In this document: positions 28,291 to 35,934 of the stretch, piece after piece | How positions within the stretch are numbered: the stretch's first letter is position 1 | Layout: each line of letters starts with the position of its first letter | Sequence record: NC_017487.1 | DNA length: 35,934 nt | Origin: a plasmid | Strand: one strand, 5' to 3' | The notes under the pieces: model-generated | What the model was told of the DNA's origin: nothing | Databases searched by the model: none | The model's input: the letters and a program-made list of their open reading frames with translations, nothing else | Position numbers and translations under genes: made by a program

Positions 28291-28750
28291 AACATAGAGT
28301 CATCGTAACAGATAAAGCACCTTCTCTTGGCTCCGCCTTTAGAAAGTTACAGAGTGTGGGTTTATATACTAAGACAGAGCACCGAACTGTGAAGTATCTT
28401 AACAATTTAATAGAACAAGACCATCGACCTATTAAACGACGAAATAAATTTTATCAAAGTCTCCGTACAGCCTCTTCCACGATTAAGGGCATGGAGATCA
28501 TTCGAGGAATATATAAAAAGAACATAGAGTCATCGTAACAGATAAAGCACCTTCTCTTGGCTCCGCCTTTAGAAAGTTACAGAGTGTGGGTTTATATACT
28601 AAGACAGAGCACCGAACTGTGAAGTATCTTAACAATTTAATAGAACAAGACCATCGACCTATTAAACGACGAAATAAATTTTATCAAAGTCTCCGTACAG
28701 CCTCTTCCACGATTAAGGGCATGGAGATCATTCGAGGAATATATAAAAAG
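28291..28750 (+). repeat. tandem duplication of about 230 bp x2 (28291-28520 and 28521-28750)
   Basis: aacatagagtcatcgtaacag...atataaaaag appears twice in tandem. The first copy starts at the Tn3 end/TSD junction. Confidence 0.85.
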
Positions 28751-28879
28751 AACCGAAGAAATGGAACGCTCTTCGGCTTTTCGGTGTCTACTGAAATCAA
28801 GGTATTAATGGGAATAACAGCCTAAGATATTTGGAGTTCAGAGAGGGGGCGTTTGATTTTCAAACTTCGCAACAGAACC
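28291..28879 (+). mobile_element. IS6-family 3' fragment (downstream half of the Tn3 insertion target) with an internal 230-bp tandem duplication and right IR
   Basis: Resumes the IS6 tnp at ...(Q)HRVIVTDKAPSLG.... Ends cttcgcaacagaacc at 28879. ORFs 28275-28538 and 28586-28825 are the duplicated tnp 3' part. Confidence 0.85.
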
Positions 28880-28923
28880 AATTTGTCCAAGATATTGACC
28901 CAAATACATATTATCTGCAATAT

Positions 28924-29361
28924 TTACTTAATAACTGTAATTGAGATTGGAGAATTTTTAACCATATAAGTAGCATGCGAACCAAAATATCCTTTAATTC
29001 CATGCATTGATCGCGATCCAATGATTAAGATATCTGCAGATGTTGCTGGCAAAATCGTCTTAGTAATTTCCTCGGCCGGATCACCTTCTCCACTGTACAG
29101 CTGAATGTTTTTTACACCGCTATTTTCTGCATATTGTTTGTACTTTTCCAAATTAAGTGACAATTGACTTTGTTTCTGGCTCAAGTACTCAGGGTCTAAC
29201 GCTTCATAAACATTCAGCTCTTCAATTTCTAAAATTGAGGCAATCAGTAATGCGGCTCCAGTTTTACTCGCTTGCTTTACAGCATATTGAAAGGCTTTTT
29301 GAGCTCCTTCTGATTCATCTACCCCAACTAAAATATTTTTAAATTCATCAAATCCTTCCAT
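28924..29361 (-). CDS. universal stress protein (UspA family)
   Basis: 145 aa. ...ILVGVDESEGAQKA... and C-terminal ATP-binding-like GSRS.HG..G...GS. Confidence 0.8.
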   Translation of the reverse strand: MEGFDEFKNILVGVDESEGAQKAFQYAVKQASKTGAALLIASILEIEELNVYEALDPEYLSQKQSQLSLNLEKYKQYAENSGVKNIQLYSGEGDPAEEITKTILPATSADILIIGSRSMHGIKGYFGSHATYMVKNSPISITVIK

Positions 29362-29369
29362 AGTGCTTC

Positions 29370-30947
29370 TTACCTTTCATTAATTAATTGATTATATTTT
29401 TTATTTCCTTTATACAGTTCAATAATTGTCCACGCTAACAGTAGTAATACTGCGACGATAATGACATAGGCAATAGAATCAGCTAGTACAAGTTGGCTTG
29501 ATGTCACCTTTTCACCAAAAAAACCTTCAATTTGGCCGGGCAATCCAATCAAATTTAAATATGTCAATCCAATTACTGAACCCCATCCTATTATCCGAAT
29601 AACTATCGAATTTTTAAACCGGCTTCCCATTTCCACCTCACTATTGGTCATCATTAATAATGGTACCATCGAAAATGGTAACGCAAAAGCTAAGAAGACT
29701 TGTGAATTATTCATTAGTGTATTTAACGCTGTGTGCTCCCGAATCGTTCCTTGCCTGCTTGTAATAATTACACAGATTAACACTGGGATAACTGAAATCA
29801 AACGCGTAATTAAACGTCTTAGCCAAATTGGCATTCTCATATGAATGAATCCCTCCATAATTACTTGTCCAGTTAAAGTTCCGGTAATCGTTGAATTTTG
29901 TCCAGAAGCTAGTAACGCGACTGCGAATAATGTAGAAAGAAGACCTGATTTTGCAACGGTGATTAAAATTCCGTTACTCAATGTATCCGAATTTGATAAA
30001 GCCTCATACAAGCCAAAGAATGATGGATCTTTCACTGCCCCTGTTTTAAAAACAGCAACTCCCATTATGAGCAATAAGGAGTTAACAAAAAAAGCGAGAG
30101 TCAATTGAATGTTAGAATCCCATGTTGAAAATCGTACAGCATTGGCGACTTCATCTTCATCCGTACGATTTATCTTTCGAGTCTGAGACACAGCCGAATG
30201 TAGATATAAATTATGAGGCATAACGGTTGCACCAATAATTCCTAATGCACCAGTTAAAGGCGTTTGACCACCAATTGAATGTGTAGAGGAGAACGTTTCA
30301 CCAGTCGGAACCAATCCTTTAAGTACATCCCCCCAATTAGGATCAGACAACGCTACTTGATAAACAAACACAAAAAGAATTACAAAAATCAAACAGACAA
30401 CTATTGCTTCAATTTTTCTAAAACCAACTTTCGTTAACAACAATAATAATAAAACATCAAATACCGTAATAAAGACTGCGACGACAAGCGGAATATTAAA
30501 AAGTAAATAAAGAGCAATTGATGCGCCAATTACTTCCGCAATATCTGTTGCCATAATCGCTAATTCCGTTAAAATCCATAAAATGATTCCTAGTTTTTTA
30601 CTTGTTCTCGCTCGAATTGCTTGAGCTAAATCCATTTGACTAACAATTCCCAATTTAGCAGCCATATATTGTAATAGCATTGCAATTAAACTAGACATTA
30701 AAATGACCGACATTAATAAATACTGGAAGTTTTGCCCACCCGTAATCGAAGTAGACCAGTTGCCTGGATCCATATATCCCACAGCAACTAATGCTCCCGG
30801 TCCAGAATAGGCGAACAGGGTTTTCCAAAAGCCTTTGCCTTTGGGTACCCCGACAGTTCCGTTAATTTCCTCTAAAGAGGGACCATTCGCATGCTGAATT
30901 AATCGAGGTTTGTGCTCTTTACCAGACTGACTTGTTGTATCTTTCAA
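29370..30947 (-). CDS. mntH: NRAMP-family Mn2+/Fe2+ transporter MntH
   Basis: 525 aa with the conserved GPG...YMDPGNW motif, 11-12 TM. Confidence 0.9.
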   Translation of the reverse strand: MKDTTSQSGKEHKPRLIQHANGPSLEEINGTVGVPKGKGFWKTLFAYSGPGALVAVGYMDPGNWSTSITGGQNFQYLLMSVILMSSLIAMLLQYMAAKLGIVSQMDLAQAIRARTSKKLGIILWILTELAIMATDIAEVIGASIALYLLFNIPLVVAVFITVFDVLLLLLLTKVGFRKIEAIVVCLIFVILFVFVYQVALSDPNWGDVLKGLVPTGETFSSTHSIGGQTPLTGALGIIGATVMPHNLYLHSAVSQTRKINRTDEDEVANAVRFSTWDSNIQLTLAFFVNSLLLIMGVAVFKTGAVKDPSFFGLYEALSNSDTLSNGILITVAKSGLLSTLFAVALLASGQNSTITGTLTGQVIMEGFIHMRMPIWLRRLITRLISVIPVLICVIITSRQGTIREHTALNTLMNNSQVFLAFALPFSMVPLLMMTNSEVEMGSRFKNSIVIRIIGWGSVIGLTYLNLIGLPGQIEGFFGEKVTSSQLVLADSIAYVIIVAVLLLLAWTIIELYKGNKKYNQLINER

Positions 30948-31020
30948 AATATTTCCACCTTCCTTTAAGAATATTATAAGTATACACCTCTTTTTTATAA
31001 AATTAAAGCAAAATATTAGG

Positions 31021-31034
31021 CAAACCTAAAAAAA
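31021..31034. promoter_or_regulatory. MntR/DtxR-box-like palindrome TTAGGCAAACCTAA about 75 bp upstream of mntH
   Basis: Perfect TTAGG-N4-CCTAA palindrome. Resembles staphylococcal and streptococcal MntR operators (TTAGGTTAGCCTAA-like). Confidence 0.4.
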
Positions 31035-31256
31035 ATAAACATCGCCTAATTTAATATTATTTGCCTTCATTTCATTTGTATCGGAATGAATCAATTGTAC
31101 ACTGGACCAATGTCAAATATTTAGACACAAAATGAGCTATATTTTCTTAAAATAATTTTCTTCTTTCTGATTTGGAGTTAAACCCTTGTTGGCGGAATGA
31201 GGATTATAATTGTTATAAAATTGTTCGATGTATTCAAAGCAAGAGAGTTGAACTTC

Positions 31257-32000
31257 TTAAATGGAGTGATAAGTTCTGCGATTAATTTCTCGTTGTTTAA
31301 GATACTTGAAAAAGACCTCAGTGACGGCATTATCATAAGGATATCCAGGCTTGGAGTAAGAAGCAAGCAATTGATGCTCATCTAATAACTTTCTAAAGGA
31401 AGCTGATTTAAATTGGCTTCCTTGGTCCGAATGAAAGATAATTGGTTCCTTAGGCTTCCTCTTATTTATAGCTATCTCTAAGGTGTCACAGGCGAGTTTA
31501 GCATCAATTCGATCACTTACTTTCCACGCAATACATTTCCTTGAGTAGAGGTCAAGAATAGCACAGAGATAAACGTGACGCTTAGGACCAATGGAAATAT
31601 AAGTAAAAACAGTTGTCCACACTTGATTGGGAGACTTGGGATTAAATTCCTCTTTAAGTAGATTATCAGAAGAAAATACAGGAGATGTGTTTGATTTAAA
31701 GCGAGGTTTGATGGTTGATATTTTAGGAAGTGTCATTGACTTGAGGAGTCGTAAGATATGCCCTTCAGAGACATTGATGCCATAGTCACGCAGGAGAATA
31801 ATTTTAAAAGCTCTTGTTCCAATTCTTTTCTTAGCTTTCATATAAATCTCAAGGAGTAATTTTCTCAAGCATTGATTTTCTACTTCACGCTTCGAAGGCC
31901 TCTTGTTTATGAAGTTATAGTAGGTGGAACGATTGACATGTAAAACACGACAGAGCATAACTGTCGTGTGTTCAAATCGGAGTCTGTAGATGGCTTTCAA
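31257..32000 (-). CDS. IS3-family transposase OrfB (DDE integrase core)
   Basis: ...WTTVFTYI...LCAILDLYSRK...HSDQGSQFKS...PYDNAVTE... DDE motifs. Confidence 0.8.
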   Translation of the reverse strand: MKAIYRLRFEHTTVMLCRVLHVNRSTYYNFINKRPSKREVENQCLRKLLLEIYMKAKKRIGTRAFKIILLRDYGINVSEGHILRLLKSMTLPKISTIKPRFKSNTSPVFSSDNLLKEEFNPKSPNQVWTTVFTYISIGPKRHVYLCAILDLYSRKCIAWKVSDRIDAKLACDTLEIAINKRKPKEPIIFHSDQGSQFKSASFRKLLDEHQLLASYSKPGYPYDNAVTEVFFKYLKQREINRRTYHSI

Positions 32001-32061
32001 TCTTACTTGGAGTTTTGCATGAATATGGCACTCGCTTTTTTTAAGATCAGATTTTCTTCCT

Positions 32062-32277
32062 CTAGTTGGGCATTCCTTTTTTGTAATTCTTGAATCTGTT
32101 TAGCAGCAACACCGTATTATCTTCAAGACGCACTTGAGAGTACTGCTTAATCCATTTTGCAAGTGCAGAAGAAGATACCCCATAATCTTTACAGAGTTCA
32201 GTTTGTGTTTTACCAGTTTGATAGAGATTAACGAGCGATTGTTTGAAATCCTCGTCGTAACGTTTAAAAACTGACAT
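32062..32277 (-). CDS. IS3-family OrfA (HTH), with apparent frame anomaly at its 3' end
   Basis: MSVFKRYDEDFKQSLVNLYQTGKTQTELCKDYGVSSSALAKWIKQY.... The expected leucine-zipper tail AAKQIQELQKRNAQLEEENLILKKASAIF lies in a different frame. Confidence 0.6.
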   Translation of the reverse strand: MSVFKRYDEDFKQSLVNLYQTGKTQTELCKDYGVSSSALAKWIKQYSQVRLEDNTVLLLNRFKNYKKGMPN

Positions 32278-32355
32278 AAAAGTCCTTTCATTTTTGTGTC
32301 TTAATAGACAGATTATAACACACAATTTTCTGTCCACTTTTATAGTATAGCTCCA

Positions 32356-32567
32356 TGGCACGTGTTGGTGATCTTTTAGGAATCAACTATCTAGGGACGC
32401 ATACCATGCGTAAAACAGGCGCTTATCGTGTTTATACGCAGTCGAATTATAATATTGGTTTAGTCATGCATTTATTAAACCATTCAAGCGAAGCCATGAC
32501 TTTAACATATCTTGGATTAGATCAAGCTAGTCGAGAAACGATGTTAGACCAAATTGATTTTGGGTAA
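32356..32567 (+). pseudogene. 3' fragment of a tyrosine recombinase/integrase gene truncated by the IS3-family insertion
   Basis: ...LGTHTMRKTGAYRVYTQ...LLNHSSEAMTLTYLGL. The His/Tyr box II region of tyrosine recombinases, without an N-terminus. Confidence 0.6.
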
Positions 32568-32583
32568 TGAATGTTTAGAACTT

Positions 32584-32613
32584 AGTAGTCGTCCAAAAAC
32601 GACTACTTTTTTT
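32584..32613 (+). terminator. rho-independent terminator agtagtcg...cgactact plus T6, followed by a second perfect 11-bp hairpin (32616-32639)
   Basis: Stem-loop plus T-run immediately after the integrase fragment. Confidence 0.8.
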
Positions 32614-32933
32614 GTTGAATCGTCCAAGGACGATTCAATGCTTTTGACTTGTAAGAACAGGATTGAATGAAGCCATACTGTTCGCATATTTTTAGTGGAT
32701 GAACAAACAAAATACGAGAGATTTTTTGTTCGTTCATCCATGGTTTTAGGAAAAAGAGGGACGATTTCGGAAGAAGAAAATCGTCTCTTTTTTTCTTCTT
32801 TTTGTATGACAAAAAGAAAGATCTTTTGCCCATTTTATTTTTATAAAATGGGTAGGTGGCGTTTGCGTAAAGCAAATCGACACACTCCAAAGGGGATAAA
32901 AGGGGAAAGTGAAACTTCCCCCTTTTCAAGCCA

Positions 32934-33100
32934 CATTGTAATACAAGAACGAAGTGATTTGTATTACAATGTGATAGCTTGCAGTATTTATGGTTTTATA
33001 TGGTCTATTTTGTTATAATGATTGTAACCGAATAAGGCGCAATGCTTATTACAAAATCAATGACAAAGGGCGATTGAGGAATGAGCGCTGGGGCATTTTA
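32934..33100 (+). promoter_or_regulatory. candidate oriT: 12-bp perfect inverted repeat (32934-32971) plus a nic-like ATAAGGCGC at 33032-33040, upstream of mobC
   Basis: cattgtaataca...tgtattacaatg. ataaggcgcaatgc resembles MOBQ-type nic regions (ATAAGTGCGCCCTT). Confidence 0.4.
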
Positions 33101-33118
33101 TCTTTGAGGAGGCTATTT

Positions 33119-33484
33119 ATGGATCAGAAAAATGTATCACAAAATCAAACAAAGTACATTCAATTTAGATTATCTGAAGAACAATACAATAAGCTGAAAA
33201 TTTCAGGAGAAACATATGGACTCTCTCCGAATCTTTATGCGAAAAAATTAGCACAAAAATCTCATTTAAAAAAACCTTATCTCGAACATGACCAAGCGAA
33301 ATCTTTATTATTAGAACTCTCAAAACAAGGAACCAATTTAAATCAAATCGCCAAGAAACTCAATCAATTCGATCGGATGGACAACCAAGATAAAGAACTG
33401 ATCGAGGCTTTACGCTATACATACGGAGTACTCGCTCAAGCTCAAAAGGGATATCAAGAGTTATGGCAACAATTGCAAAAATAA
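33119..33484 (+). CDS. mobC: mobilisation accessory protein MobC-like
   Basis: 121 aa, RBS gaggagg before the ATG at 33119. Immediately precedes and overlaps the relaxase gene. Confidence 0.7.
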   Translation: MDQKNVSQNQTKYIQFRLSEEQYNKLKISGETYGLSPNLYAKKLAQKSHLKKPYLEHDQAKSLLLELSKQGTNLNQIAKKLNQFDRMDNQDKELIEALRYTYGVLAQAQKGYQELWQQLQK

Positions 33485-34695
33485 GCAATGGCGCAAGTGC
33501 AGCGAGCGCCCTTAATTATGCTTTAGGTCAAGACAGACCCATGCATGAAAAAACTGAGCAGTGGCTACAAGATCATCAATTGGAACGTCCTGTGGAGCTG
33601 ACAAATTGTCGGGCAGTTGCCGTGGGTGGAACCAACGGGATTGATCCCTTTATTGCCAAAGAACAATTCGATGTCGTTCGACAACTTCATAACCAAACCA
33701 AAGAATCCAATCAAGTCTTGCGTATTACCCAATCTTTCGCCTTAGATGAACTGAATCCGAAAGTTCAAAAAGACTGGCAAAAAGCCAATGATTTAGGCGT
33801 TGAATTAGCAGAAAACCTTTATCCTAACCATCAAAGCGCTGTTTATACGCATTTAGACGGAAAAAATCACGTCTTACACAACCACATCATTGTCAATAAG
33901 GTCAATTTAGAGACAGGAAAGAAATTAAGAGAACAAAAAGGAGAAAGCGTTCAACGAGCACGAGAAATGAATGATCGACTCGCTTCTCGAGAAAACTGGC
34001 ACATTTTAGAGCCACCAAAAGAGCGTCAAACAGAGACAGAAAAAGAACTAATCGCCAAAAATGAGTATTCTTACATGGATGATTTGAGAGAAAGAATCAA
34101 TAAATCGCTTCAAGATGTCTCTGTGAGCTCATATGAGACGTTTAAAGAGCGTTTATCCGATAATGGTGTAATTCTATCAGAAAGAGGCCAAACGTTCTCA
34201 TACGCCTTTTTAGACGCCAATAATAAGCAAAGACGAGCACGAGAGACCCGGTTGGGTTCTGATTTTGGAAAGGAGACCATTTTACATGAGTTGGAAAACC
34301 GAGCAAGACAAAACGAATTTAGCGCTGTTGAACAACGAGAACCAGCGATTACTCCGCTTGAGCGAGACACTCAACAAAGAGAATCAGAAATTGTTAGCCT
34401 TGAACAAGCAATTGAACCAAGAAAATCAGAAGCTCGCAAGCGAGAATCAAAAATTAATCGATTTATTGACACAATCAAACAGTTTGCAGGACGAGTACCA
34501 GAACTTACTCAACGCGTTACAAGAAAATTAAAGCAAACAAAAGAGAAAATCCTCGATGATTTTGAACGTCGCTTTTCAAAGGACATGAAAAATTACGAGC
34601 AAGAACAACAGAAAAGCCTAGAAAAACAAGCGAATAGAGACGTACAGTCCGAAAAGAAACCAACAAAAGATCATGATCGGGGGATGAGTCTATGA
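33463..34695 (+). CDS. mobA: relaxase MobA (HUH nickase with 3-His motif HLDGKNHVLHNHIIVN)
   Basis: 410 aa. N-terminal relaxase domain with a candidate catalytic Tyr in SALNYALG, and an H.D...H.H.H motif. Confidence 0.85.
   Translation: MATIAKISNGASAASALNYALGQDRPMHEKTEQWLQDHQLERPVELTNCRAVAVGGTNGIDPFIAKEQFDVVRQLHNQTKESNQVLRITQSFALDELNPKVQKDWQKANDLGVELAENLYPNHQSAVYTHLDGKNHVLHNHIIVNKVNLETGKKLREQKGESVQRAREMNDRLASRENWHILEPPKERQTETEKELIAKNEYSYMDDLRERINKSLQDVSVSSYETFKERLSDNGVILSERGQTFSYAFLDANNKQRRARETRLGSDFGKETILHELENRARQNEFSAVEQREPAITPLERDTQQRESEIVSLEQAIEPRKSEARKRESKINRFIDTIKQFAGRVPELTQRVTRKLKQTKEKILDDFERRFSKDMKNYEQEQQKSLEKQANRDVQSEKKPTKDHDRGMSL
34286..34531 (+). CDS. candidate overlapping gene inside mobA (alternative frame), 81-88-aa coiled-coil protein with ENQKL heptad repeats
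   Basis: 267-nt window open in two frames. aaggag at 34269-34274, ATG at 34286 (TTG at 34265). ...NKENQKLLALNKQLNQENQKLASENQKLIDLL... Confidence 0.3.
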   Translation: MSWKTEQDKTNLALLNNENQRLLRLSETLNKENQKLLALNKQLNQENQKLASENQKLIDLLTQSNSLQDEYQNLLNALQEN

Positions 34696-35315
34696 ATAAA
34701 GATGAACAACTCGTTGTTCAAGTATTAAATGCTTATAAAAATGGAAAAATTGATTTCAGTCACGTTCCAGAACTAGAAACCTTAGTCCGTCAAGAGGTTA
34801 ATAAAGAGTTTCGGGACTACCAAGAAAAAATAGAAGCTGTTGCGAGTCAAAAAATGGAATCTGCCATTCAAGAACAACTCCATCGTTTAGAGGCAGAAAA
34901 CTTAAAAGCGGATATACTGAAAGAAATTCAAGATGAAAAACAAGAATTAATCACTTTGAAAAAAGAACTAAATGAACATCAAGAGCAGATAAAGGTAGAT
35001 CGAAAACATGCGATTGTCGAACATTACAGTATTTTGATTGTGAATATTATCTGCCTGTTCTGTTTCTTAGTTGTCGGTATTCTCATCGGACGATGGATTT
35101 ATAAAGGTATCTGGGACGGTTGGGGCTTACATATTTTGTATGACACAGTGATGGAAATACAGCCTAAACATCCTTATGGGGCAGTCGTTCTTGGATTAGG
35201 TGGTTTTGGTTTAATCGGTGCTGGAATTTATGGCAGTTTTCGATTAATGTATACCGCTTCAACATGGTTTGATCAACGTCCAAAAATTTTCAAAAGAATC
35301 TTTCCAAAAAAATAG
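34692..35315 (+). CDS. MobB-like mobilisation protein (coiled coil plus two C-terminal TM helices)
   Basis: 207 aa. Start overlaps the mobA stop (ATGA). Membrane anchor ILIVNIICLFCFLVVGILIG. Confidence 0.55.
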   Translation: MNKDEQLVVQVLNAYKNGKIDFSHVPELETLVRQEVNKEFRDYQEKIEAVASQKMESAIQEQLHRLEAENLKADILKEIQDEKQELITLKKELNEHQEQIKVDRKHAIVEHYSILIVNIICLFCFLVVGILIGRWIYKGIWDGWGLHILYDTVMEIQPKHPYGAVVLGLGGFGLIGAGIYGSFRLMYTASTWFDQRPKIFKRIFPKK

Positions 35316-35331
35316 AGAGTGAGGGGATATT

Positions 35332-35934
35332 TTGGTTTTAGACAATAAATTAGGTTTAACAAATTCAGCAGAATTAGCTAAACAAGAAGAAATCTTAACG
35401 AAAAAAAGAGCCAAAGAATTGTTTGAGTCTGGCAAAATAGAGGATCTGGAAATTGGGACGTTTCAAGGCTTATCTGATATTCATCAGTTTTTATTCCAAG
35501 ATATTTACGACTTTGCAGGAAAAATTCGAGAAGTGAATATTGCGAAAGGAAACTTTCAATTTGCGCCACGTATTTTTTTAGTGCAAACACTTGAATATAT
35601 TGATAAATTACCTCAAGAAACATTTGATGAAATTATTGATAAGTACTCGGATATGAATGTAGCCCATCCGTTTAGAGAAGGCAATGGACGAGCCACTCGT
35701 ATCTGGTTGGATTTAATTCTTAAAAATAAACTACACAAAATCGTCGATTGGAATCAAATTGATAAGGATGAATATTTAAATGCCATGATCCGTAGTACAG
35801 TCAGCACCAATGAATTAAAATATTTGATTCAAAAGGCTTTAACCGATGATTTAGGAAAAGAACAATTCTTTAAAGGAATTGATGCGAGTTATTATTACGA
35901 GGGATATTATGAAATAAAAACAGAAGATTTATAA
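35332..35934 (+). CDS. Fic/Doc-family protein (putative AMPylase) with HPFREGNGRATR motif
   Basis: 200 aa. Canonical Fic motif HxFx(D/E)GNGRxxR. TTG start with RBS gagggg. Stop TAA at the window end. Confidence 0.8.
   Translation: MVLDNKLGLTNSAELAKQEEILTKKRAKELFESGKIEDLEIGTFQGLSDIHQFLFQDIYDFAGKIREVNIAKGNFQFAPRIFLVQTLEYIDKLPQETFDEIIDKYSDMNVAHPFREGNGRATRIWLDLILKNKLHKIVDWNQIDKDEYLNAMIRSTVSTNELKYLIQKALTDDLGKEQFFKGIDASYYYEGYYEIKTEDL

Larger units (their letters stand above)
31173..32355 (-). mobile_element. IS3-family insertion sequence, about 1.18 kb
   Basis: Imperfect terminal IRs TGGAGtTAaAC (31173) and TGGAGcTAtAC (reverse complement, ending 32355). Carries orfA and orfB. Confidence 0.7.

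Noticed and set aside
197-28750. Possible CRISPR array
   Set aside because: The only regular repeats are 22-bp iterons with no spacers (197-274) and a single 230-bp tandem duplication of IS6 sequence (28291-28750). Neither has the repeat-spacer structure of a CRISPR array.
32603-33018. Overlapping 108-aa minus-strand and 107-aa plus-strand ORFs, and the N-terminal extension of mobC from 32990
   Set aside because: They sit in hairpin-dense, oriT-like DNA, overlap each other on opposite strands and have no RBS. mobC has a strong RBS at its internal ATG, 33119.

Overview
This 35.9-kb window looks like a mosaic accessory region of a lactococcal-type theta-replicating plasmid; the host is probably Lactococcus or another Lactobacillales member, but this cannot be confirmed without a search. 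Supported content, in order: (1) a replicon with a 17-bp inverted repeat, three and a half 22-bp iterons, an inverted-repeat operator, then repB and a repX/orfX-like gene. (2) A complete type I restriction-modification operon hsdR-hsdM-hsdS with overlapping stop/start codons. (3) A CorA-like transporter cassette bracketed by a 16-bp direct repeat. (4) Three tandem small membrane-protein genes with no recognisable family. (5) A serine resolvase gene broken by a single-base homopolymer frameshift. (6) An M20 amidohydrolase. (7) Two near-complete inverted IS6-family copies, one frameshifted and one with a premature stop, plus at least six further IS6 fragments. These bracket an OFA-family MFS transporter, a GNAT acetyltransferase, gene fragments, a VanZ-like protein and an FAD/quinone-type D-lactate dehydrogenase (Dld). 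(8) A markedly AT-rich module with two long AT palindromes, a second stand-alone RepX-like (DUF536-like) gene and a 504-aa polytopic membrane protein. (9) A 4.6-kb Tn3-family transposon with perfect 38-bp inverted repeats and a 5-bp target duplication, AACAT. It has inserted into an IS6 transposase gene and carries a four-gene overlapping operon: HTH, unknown 169-aa protein, tnpR, tnpA. (10) uspA plus NRAMP mntH with an MntR-box-like palindrome. (11) An IS3-family element inserted into a tyrosine recombinase gene. (12) A hairpin-rich oriT-like region followed by mobC, mobA, a mobB-like gene and a Fic-family gene. A coiled-coil ORF lies fully inside mobA in another frame. I found no rRNA, tRNA or CRISPR array. 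All coordinates were counted by hand and carry an error of a few bp.
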